Of a stretch of DNA of 42,863 nt, positions 36,401 to 42,863 are shown one piece after another. Within the stretch, counting starts at the first letter, position 1. Each line of letters begins with the position of its first letter. Origin of the DNA: a virus (Duplodnaviria; Caudoviricetes). Location of the stretch: the IMG/VR virus record IMGVR_UViG_3300020388_001444, positions 1-42,863 of that record, one strand, 5' to 3'. The notes below the pieces were generated by a model. It was not told the DNA's origin and did not search any database. It saw only the letters and a list, made by a program, of their open reading frames with translations. The position numbers and the translations under genes were made by a program.

Positions 36401-39400
36401 CGCCTCACTTAAACAGCTAACCGATAACGACACCCTTGAAAAAGCAAACGCTGCCCAGCAGTTTATTAACGGCGCAGAGGCGTACATTAAAACGCAAATC
36501 ACCGCGTTTAATGCCGCCGAGGGCGGTATTGATGCTAAGTTTTCAAACGTTGAGCAAAACTTAGACGCCATTAGCGGCACTATCAGCGATAACATTGTGC
36601 AAGTGCGTGGGCTTGAACTAGAGCTTAAAAACGCAAACTTAAACGATGTGATTGCCGCCGCTAACCAGTTAATTCAAGGCAATGAACTTGCACAGCAAGG
36701 CGTAAAGTTAGCCGTTGCACAGCGTAACTTAAAAGCCAATGCCACCGACATAGAGGCCGTTGCCCAAGAGTCACTAGAGCTAAGTGCCCTGCTAGACCAA
36801 AACCAATCACAAATACAGGCATTAAACACAGCGTTTGTAAACGAACAGCAAGCCACGGTCGCGCGCGACGAACGTTACCAAGCAACGTTTGACAATGTAA
36901 CCGCCCGTTTTAGCGATGTAACCACGGCCATTGCAACTATTGACCAAGCAAACACAATTCGCGATCAAGAATTTGAATCCTTTGTTGCTGATACGGTATC
37001 AAGTTTTGACGAAGTGACCGAAACCTTTGCAAGCCAAAACCAAGCTTACACAACGCTTGAACAAACACTGACCTCAAAAATTAACACCGATACCGCCGAG
37101 GCGAAAACTCAAGCAATCGCCACGGCGCAAGAGTACACCCGTACTGCAGTGGGTTACTGTTTAGATGCCCAAGGCAATATCACTAACAGTAACGATGCTG
37201 TGCAATGTGTTGCTGATGGTGGTTCGTGGGTTAATGGGCCATTAGCTGAATTTATTGCCAACATGCAAATAAGTGACGGCGCCAATAGTGCTAGCATTAA
37301 GCAACTACGCCAAGTATTTAAAACGGTAGATGGCCAGTTGGTTGCCCGTGGCGGTTGGCAGTTAGACAACAACGGTCGTGCTGTGGGTGTGGTTGGTTAT
37401 AACGATGGCCAAGTGGGCAACTTAGACTTGGTGGGCGATGTAATTCGCCAAGGCGTGATGGTGGGCAATACCTTTGTACCCACGTCATACATTGATAATA
37501 CCGACCCTGCTAACCCTGTTCAGGTATTTAAAGGCCGAATGGAGCTAGGTGATGGTTATACCGTTAATAGCGTAGAGGACATTAAAGCACAGGATGGCTC
37601 TGGCGCTTTTACTTTAAAACCTACAGCGTATGTGGCTGTAACTCCTACTGAGATAGTCTGCACAGGCGGGCTTGGGTGGGATTCCGGTGGTTATGGTTTA
37701 GAGTTGTATTCAGGAGATTGTTTTGTCTCTTGTAACATGATAAACGCGGCAAGCCGACTCATGATGGGGTTATCTAAGGATTCGGGAGCAAGCCCTACCT
37801 ATACGTCAATAGATTTTGCAATATACCGAGAACAAAATAACAATGTATCCGTATACGAAAGCGGTGTAAGTAGAGGTGTGAAAACCACAATGAGCGACGC
37901 AGACGTTATGTCGGTTGTTCTTGTGGGTAACAAAGTGGAGTACCGTAAAAACGGTTTAACTTTTTATGTCTCAACCGTCACACCGTCAGGGTCTTATCGC
38001 TTTGATTGCTCCTTTGTTGCCAAGGGAGATAAATGTACCAACATCACTATGGGTGAAATGCTAAAAGGTGATGATGGTCAAGATGGTCAAGACTCTGGCA
38101 GCATCAACCTTGCGAACCATTCTGACTACTGGGTAATTGGTCGCCGTGGTTCACAGGGCCCATTCATTCAAAATGGGTCGGATAATGAAAATACTATTAT
38201 TGCAGATACGGGCCCTTTAGGTACCGTCGAATCAATATGGTATGCACAAGCGGGTAATAATAGCTCAGATGGTGGTTGGAATATGAATAATATTCCAATT
38301 AACCATGAAAAAACCTATCGCTTTTCAGTATGGATGAAGCAAGAAATTGGCATTGCTAATAGCTTGTATTTAGGTTGCGATGATTGCTTAACATTATCAG
38401 GAGTTACAAATACCAACCCTTATTTTTGGTCGGGTGATTTACCACAATTAAATAAGTGGTATTTAGTTGTTGGCGTATTGCATTCATCTAAAAAAACCAG
38501 TGGCACTATCTCGGGTTTGTCAGGGGTATATGACCCAGTAACCGGTAAACGGGTATTAGTTGGTACGGATTTTAAGAGTATTGCTAATCGCAATGTGCAA
38601 ACTCACCGCGCTTATCGTTATTACGTAACGAACCAAAGCCACACGGCTAAATTTGCGCGCCCACGTTTAGAGGTAATGGACGGTGGCGAGCCCTCAGTAT
38701 TTAGCTTGCTGGGCACCCTTACAACCACTGACCCTGGCACCCGAGGCGCAGGGCGTTATGATCTGGGTACCGCAACGGGTGCTTGGTCGGATACTACAGC
38801 AAACAATATTGTACCTAATGGTGTGCCGGTAACGGGTGATGTTGTAACAATATTTAAGGCAAGCGATCCTAAAATACAAACTACTAAACGCTATACGGGT
38901 TCAACATGGCAAACCTATGCGCTACATATCCATGGCAGCGCATTAATTGAGGATACCCTGGACGGTAACGTATTACGTGCGGGTACCCGTATCGAATCGC
39001 CGCGTATTGATATGATAGGCTCCAACTTTTTAAAAGTGGAGTTTGTGAACGGGTTTGGCCCCGATAATTTATGGTATTGGTATGGGCCTAAAATTTTAGT
39101 GAATGGCCTACCCAACCTGAATGCGCTAACAAAAGCGAACGCTACAGATTGGAAAGATGTGTATGGAAACTCATTCACCCGAGGCACATTTGTAGCTGGT
39201 TCACTAGAAACCAGTGCCTCTACGTCACAACTAATCAGTACACCATCAAGAGAGATTGAATTTACCAGCAACGGTCGATTAATTCATCTTGCGGTGAGCT
39301 ATTCATATAGTCGCTATTCTATTGGGCCGACTAATGGCGCACCAAACACGGTTTATTGTCCAAGTAGCCCTATCATGACACCTGTCAGTGGCACGGTTTA

Positions 39401-39665
39401 CTTAGAGCGTTGGACGGGTTCGTCATGGGTTGTTGTTCAACAGAAAAACTTTTCAGGAACCTATGATTGTACTAATGGGTTTTACGAAAGTGAACCTGGC
39501 TCATCCAATGACCCCTACAGAGCGACGACAAACTCTAATACCAGTTTTACAGCCACCGAAACGCGTAGTGCGGGATATGTTAAGTACCGCGTTAGAGCGG
39601 TTGTAAATAACTTTATATCAACGACGCAAACAGGCCAATACCTATCAATTGCGGCTAGCGAATAG
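33393..39665 (+). CDS. Tail tip / host-specificity protein (J-like) with FN3, coiled-coil and receptor-binding domains
   Basis: G..VWDPR, AAINVCDE, AQRLA motifs; FN3-like repeats; long coiled coil; 2090 aa. Confidence 0.85.
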   Translation: MSKVVDLVVDTGGDIFGLGRSVFDKTVGALWDSLTPDVPEKDLATLGQGLQKGIDQPRRITFGRDRVGGVIAHQAEVEKGGKKWMQLIVLINGAPIDALEEIYIADKKLTDYPRESWDYSLSDGRQTTANAKAVAKMAGWTSEHVGFGQSHVFIEMENNREVFEDGINDMGFLIRGARVWDPRDTAQNPDDESTWLWSQNAVLCALHYVRFYGAHEVPFERLPLQWWIAAINVCDEDAEFTDADGVVTTEPRYTTNGSFTFSSKPLEVLGQLEACFAGKIFRQMGQWYVRVGAWYGEPTYTINADDVHGNIKIKWHADLRERANVVRATFTDPEQNYDRTDAPPVVSAGYQAIDNQILEKSISLPFVRSSTTAQRLATIHLEQTRLGEIELPLKHKGLAAAVGRTVYLNLPGESINNKVYRVTERRFRLDGGVTLMCVEDGPDLWADNIIPGSQDLTPNSDYLVGKPQPVFDVRVTVDGDGNGIIKWSHPTPLAVHEYDVEFINTAANEQVFKTSVTYTQVTIPNLQLGEYTARISAKNIFGQRSLLVAVQFSVQTPTLPTVYVTVDYNQITLTANIAAAGIGTAFEWEFLGTAEQPQSGERVLAQIYNRIGLKSETEYKFRARSVNHLGASDWVNVTATTTTVDLTKYINNVELTQLSEDAQTLIEDMNQQVDRLRPGTENNLPDVLEQTVSDLNLEKRHRQDIEKGVLDLSANYTNWRQEYERRQLGSERLIDAVAYFDPENGLIVNRAFSYTNEAFKEANLLIDGVNTSIALQANRITQSDTRLTQAEGELEVQAGKINQRATFTEMRTEIAGAIEALTPAYSWHFNTSTEGFAGDVTYSALGYVTLNTTAYTPAISFIADENPMLRIRFRKHANSPWLGNIYLGESQLLVNVLEPETESWETRNIDLSTEDGYIGEVAGLKFDLGHVDVDFIEIGKRGVNDLALNDITARATMLENDIDAATGVMAQYATTKWVDEFGYQTESNVNQILDTFNSTYQVSASLKQLTDNDTLEKANAAQQFINGAEAYIKTQITAFNAAEGGIDAKFSNVEQNLDAISGTISDNIVQVRGLELELKNANLNDVIAAANQLIQGNELAQQGVKLAVAQRNLKANATDIEAVAQESLELSALLDQNQSQIQALNTAFVNEQQATVARDERYQATFDNVTARFSDVTTAIATIDQANTIRDQEFESFVADTVSSFDEVTETFASQNQAYTTLEQTLTSKINTDTAEAKTQAIATAQEYTRTAVGYCLDAQGNITNSNDAVQCVADGGSWVNGPLAEFIANMQISDGANSASIKQLRQVFKTVDGQLVARGGWQLDNNGRAVGVVGYNDGQVGNLDLVGDVIRQGVMVGNTFVPTSYIDNTDPANPVQVFKGRMELGDGYTVNSVEDIKAQDGSGAFTLKPTAYVAVTPTEIVCTGGLGWDSGGYGLELYSGDCFVSCNMINAASRLMMGLSKDSGASPTYTSIDFAIYREQNNNVSVYESGVSRGVKTTMSDADVMSVVLVGNKVEYRKNGLTFYVSTVTPSGSYRFDCSFVAKGDKCTNITMGEMLKGDDGQDGQDSGSINLANHSDYWVIGRRGSQGPFIQNGSDNENTIIADTGPLGTVESIWYAQAGNNSSDGGWNMNNIPINHEKTYRFSVWMKQEIGIANSLYLGCDDCLTLSGVTNTNPYFWSGDLPQLNKWYLVVGVLHSSKKTSGTISGLSGVYDPVTGKRVLVGTDFKSIANRNVQTHRAYRYYVTNQSHTAKFARPRLEVMDGGEPSVFSLLGTLTTTDPGTRGAGRYDLGTATGAWSDTTANNIVPNGVPVTGDVVTIFKASDPKIQTTKRYTGSTWQTYALHIHGSALIEDTLDGNVLRAGTRIESPRIDMIGSNFLKVEFVNGFGPDNLWYWYGPKILVNGLPNLNALTKANATDWKDVYGNSFTRGTFVAGSLETSASTSQLISTPSREIEFTSNGRLIHLAVSYSYSRYSIGPTNGAPNTVYCPSSPIMTPVSGTVYLERWTGSSWVVVQQKNFSGTYDCTNGFYESEPGSSNDPYRATTNSNTSFTATETRSAGYVKYRVRAVVNNFISTTQTGQYLSIAASE

Positions 39666-39690
39666 CCGCAAAGACTAGAGAGGATTAACC

Positions 39691-41370
39691 ATGGCAACCT
39701 ATACAGCCAATCAAGTAAGCATAAATAACGGCTCAAAGCTCGTTACTGTTAATAGCAATGAAAGCCCTGAAAGCGTAAGCCAAGGGGATTTTATTCAAAT
39801 AGCTAACTACCCGCTGGCCGAAATAAACCGTACTTTTTTAGACGCAAACAGTAATCATATTATTGAGCTGGTTAAAGTTTGGAAACACAGCGACCAAACA
39901 ACCCAGCCTGCGATTGTGGTACCTACTACGGTGGATTTTAAAGCCACGGTTGATGCACTAAAAAAAGCAAATATTTTAGTCAATGACAACACTAAAGCTA
40001 TGCAAGATTGGCAAACAAAGCTAGGTTCGGTCACGTTTATAAATATTGACGAAACGCAAACAACCATAAAAACATTAAAGCAAATGGAAAGCGATTTTAA
40101 TGAACTTATGGCGCGCCTTGAGGCGGGAAATACTAAGGATATAGAAAGAGTTGTAGTTGTTGGCGCTTCAATAATGTTTTCGGCATATGGTAAAAGCCTA
40201 ACCGAACCAAGTGCTGAGGGTACACAGGCATTTGTTGATCAAGGTATTTCAGGGGTTCCGGTCTATGGTTACTGTTTCCCTGGCGAAAATATGGCGCAGT
40301 TACTCCCCCGCGTTCAAGAGGCGGTTGCTCACTTTGATGCTGCAAGCACATTGTTTGTTTTTCATGGTGAGGGTAACTCAATCACTGAATCACGGCCTTA
40401 CACTGGAATGGAACAGGCAGCACAAGATAAGTTTAGTATTGAGCTTGATGCCATTCTAAATGCTTTTTCAGGGACAAACTTTATATTGTCCGAGGTATCA
40501 TTCAGGGCGTATGCTGATCCAGCAGGCGTTTTTGGTAGAGATGCGTTCAACGATGAAGCATTAGGTTCTCTACCTTACAACACAACATATAACCACCCTA
40601 GAATATTAAATTTGCAGCCTGAATATGTTGATGAAAACGGGGTTAGCGTTGTCGATTTCTACAATCATTTTAGGAATGACTTTGAGAAAATGCTTGCGGC
40701 CGATGGCGTGCATCTCACAACGCCTTATGGTGTTGACTCGGTAAGGCAATTCCTACCAACACGCATTAAATTTGCTATACAGGGCGGAGAAAAACCAGCC
40801 CCAATAATACCAGCCCAAAAAGATAATGTGACAGGGGTAGAGGCCAAAGCTACGCTTTCATTTGGCTATAAAGATGAAAGCTTACAGAACTCTATAAACG
40901 TAGATTCAGCAAAGTTAGGGCAAGAAAAATACCTTAAATCAGATTTGGGCGTTCCAACCCCTTACATTTATAGCATGCACTCGTCTGATCCAAGCTCAAC
41001 AGGCAACAATCTGAATGGCGCAAACACAACGGGCATTGGTGATTACGCCGGTGATATATATTGCGATCAAATGGTAAGTGATAGTTGCTATGCCCAGCAA
41101 GGGGTAATTCTAACGCATAAAGTTAAAGGACTAACCCCAAACAGCGCTTATATATTTGAGGTTGTAGCTAATAGAAACTCAACGGAGCAAAGAATAACAA
41201 ACTTAGACTTTGGCTCTGGCTATATTGATATAAATACGAGCGAGGATATTCCACAACAGCCACAATCTATACAAGTAACATCAAATGCACAGGGTGAGAT
41301 AATATTTACCCAGACGAATAAATTAGGTTCATTTAGTTATCTTGGGGCGTTTAGTGTCTATAGAGCCTAA
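39691..41370 (+). CDS. Tail fibre/spike with SGNH-hydrolase domain
   Basis: N-terminal fibre anchor; VVVGASI (block I Ser), G.N (block III), DGVH (block V). Confidence 0.7.
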   Translation: MATYTANQVSINNGSKLVTVNSNESPESVSQGDFIQIANYPLAEINRTFLDANSNHIIELVKVWKHSDQTTQPAIVVPTTVDFKATVDALKKANILVNDNTKAMQDWQTKLGSVTFINIDETQTTIKTLKQMESDFNELMARLEAGNTKDIERVVVVGASIMFSAYGKSLTEPSAEGTQAFVDQGISGVPVYGYCFPGENMAQLLPRVQEAVAHFDAASTLFVFHGEGNSITESRPYTGMEQAAQDKFSIELDAILNAFSGTNFILSEVSFRAYADPAGVFGRDAFNDEALGSLPYNTTYNHPRILNLQPEYVDENGVSVVDFYNHFRNDFEKMLAADGVHLTTPYGVDSVRQFLPTRIKFAIQGGEKPAPIIPAQKDNVTGVEAKATLSFGYKDESLQNSINVDSAKLGQEKYLKSDLGVPTPYIYSMHSSDPSSTGNNLNGANTTGIGDYAGDIYCDQMVSDSCYAQQGVILTHKVKGLTPNSAYIFEVVANRNSTEQRITNLDFGSGYIDINTSEDIPQQPQSIQVTSNAQGEIIFTQTNKLGSFSYLGAFSVYRA

Positions 41371-41585
41371 TTATTCTGATTTGTCCGACTTGAGTAATTG
41401 GTTAGATACAAGGTAGCAATAAATTTACTTTAAGCTAACTCAATAAGATCAACTTAACTTAATTGGTGATTTAATCATGCAGTATGCCTGGTAAGGAAAG
41501 CGGATATCTTATTTGCCGTATCATGCTAATTGAAATAGTGAGTTTTAATGTTAAAGAGAGGATTAACTTAATTCACTATTTAATT

Positions 41586-42488
41586 TTATTTAGTCTTCAT
41601 AAAGTTAGATTTAACAAAAGGGTGAACATTTTGTACTCTATTGATTATTTCATGTAAACAATCATTTTTTGTTCTATTAGCTTTAATCTCTAGAGCAAAG
41701 TCGAACAATGAGTATGAATATGAGTTATTTATTTTATGATTCAGACCACCATATGCATGAACAATCGAAGCATGATTACCAACTAATTCATTTATTTTAT
41801 TTCGTTTAGAATCTAAAAAATTATTCCATATTAAACTTTTACCAGATTGAAAAACTGTTGTTAGATCATCATTCAATTTAGAATTTCTTATATATGTTGG
41901 AGTTAAGTCAATCGCGATTATCCCAAAGCCCTCATGTAAAGATATTTGCTTTGACGCCTCTTTGATTCTATTAAGGATTTTGTTTGCACTTTGTGGTCGC
42001 TTACAAGCAATATTGTATCTATTACCTAAATAATAAAAAAACAAATCAGGTTCTCCAAACTTTACATCATAACCAGCTTGTATATATTTTGATGCAATAA
42101 GGAGCTCAAATTGAGTATTCCTACCTTTTTTATTTGTTCCTGATAACTCATCAACATTATCTTTGGTGATCGACTCAATTATAACCTCGTTATGAGCACT
42201 TGAAAGCGTATTAATAATTTCATAGATCTCTAGAACTTCATGATAAATCAGCGTTCTTGGAAGGTTATCCCAGTTTTTTGATACTTGCTCTTCAAATAAA
42301 GTCAGCATTCCCCAAATTCTCGAAGATCGATTTACTTGATACTTATCTAAAAATGACTTAATTGATTCTATTATGTATTGATGATCGGTAACAACTTGTA
42401 TGTTAAAAGGTTTTTGCCTAAATACAGCCATATATACACTCATATCTATTAGAAGACAATCCTCAGAGGACCAAACAATGATACACAA
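41586..42488 (-). CDS. AT-rich moron, possible PD-(D/E)XK-fold nuclease
   Basis: FEL..A....G..V...EPDL.......IACKR; start may be downstream of 42488. Confidence 0.55.
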   Translation of the reverse strand: MCIIVWSSEDCLLIDMSVYMAVFRQKPFNIQVVTDHQYIIESIKSFLDKYQVNRSSRIWGMLTLFEEQVSKNWDNLPRTLIYHEVLEIYEIINTLSSAHNEVIIESITKDNVDELSGTNKKGRNTQFELLIASKYIQAGYDVKFGEPDLFFYYLGNRYNIACKRPQSANKILNRIKEASKQISLHEGFGIIAIDLTPTYIRNSKLNDDLTTVFQSGKSLIWNNFLDSKRNKINELVGNHASIVHAYGGLNHKINNSYSYSLFDFALEIKANRTKNDCLHEIINRVQNVHPFVKSNFMKTK

Positions 42489-42747
42489 ACATTTACATTT
42501 TGCTACTTACATATGTTAGCGCTTATTACTCTGTTTAATATATTATCTAGTCTTACGGCTGAGTTTTCTATTATCTGCAAGTAAAGAAGAATAGAACAAT
42601 ATACGCTCTTACCTCATGGTTATTTTAGATAAAATCTAAACTACTAATGAAATATATAAGAACACAAACGAACTACTTCAATATCACTCTTTCAAAACCA
42701 ATTAAATTAGTTTCAAACAAACTTTAAATCTTAAGCGTAAGTAAACG

Positions 42748-42834
42748 ACTAAATTTAAAACCCGCAGTATTTAACATAATTCACTAATTCTAAAATCTAT
42801 CGTTATTTTTTCTAAAACCCAACGGCGGCTTACA
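42748..42834 (-). repeat. Right end with putative transposase-binding repeats
   Basis: TTCTAAAA at 42810-17 and 42788-95 (22 bp apart) and ACTAAATTTAAAACCC at 42748-63; terminal CTTACA. Confidence 0.7.
42769..42779 (-). other. Perfect XerD-binding arm inside the phage right end
   Basis: ATTTAACATAA is the reverse complement of TTATGTTAAAT. Confidence 0.6.
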
Positions 42835-42839
42835 CTATC
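42835..42839. repeat. Right copy of target-site duplication (CTATC)
   Basis: Identical to 628-632. Confidence 0.9.
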
Positions 42840-42863
42840 GGCAATTACGTCACTTATAAACAT

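Larger units (their letters stand above)
633..42834. mobile_element. Complete Mu-like transposable prophage with siphovirus-type tail
   Basis: TG...CA termini with inverted similarity (TGTAAGGGGTTGTTCATTTCTAGAA vs TGTAAGCCGCCGTTGGGTTTTAGAA), 5-bp TSD, MuA/MuB/Ner/Mor and Mu-type head genes; no tail sheath gene seen. Confidence 0.93.

Noticed and set aside
39691-42488. Gin-type invertible tail-fibre segment or diversity-generating retroelement
   Set aside because: No invertase or reverse transcriptase gene, and no flanking inverted repeats or TR/VR pair seen.
572-42796. Prophage integrated by XerCD site-specific recombination between two dif sites
   Set aside because: The two XerD arms are inverted, the right one lacks a credible XerC arm and lies inside the phage, and the TSD indicates DDE transposition.
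42771-42863. 30-codon minus-strand ORF starting at the window end
   Set aside because: Spans the host-phage junction and the end repeats, so it is probably spurious.

Overview
Almost the whole window is one apparently complete Mu-like (transposable) prophage, probably in a marine gammaproteobacterium (Pseudoalteromonas-like is an impression only). It runs from 633 to 42834 (42,202 bp), with TGTAAG...CTTACA ends and a 5-bp target duplication (CTATC at 628-632 and 42835-42839). It encodes a DDE transposase (MuA-like), a MuB-like ATPase, Ner, a Mor/C activator, a CI-type S24 repressor, Mu-type terminase, portal, gpF, protease and capsid, and a non-contractile (siphovirus-type) tail. The layout is divergent: the early, lysis and packaging genes read leftward from a central repressor, and the capsid and tail genes read rightward. 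Main unusual signals: (1) the phage is inserted about 30 bp from a chromosomal dif-like site (572-599) and carries a perfect XerD-binding arm between the putative transposase sites of its own right end, suggesting possible Xer/dif-associated targeting; (2) five or six arrays of TTTAAA repeated at about 11-bp periodicity are spread along the genome, one inside a coding region; (3) three late promoters share TGTAAA-N4-TTTNCA exactly 24 bp before the -10 box, with hairpin-blocked or leaderless starts; (4) several AT-rich moron genes are candidate anti-phage defences. Product calls come from motif recognition and synteny only; no database searches were run.
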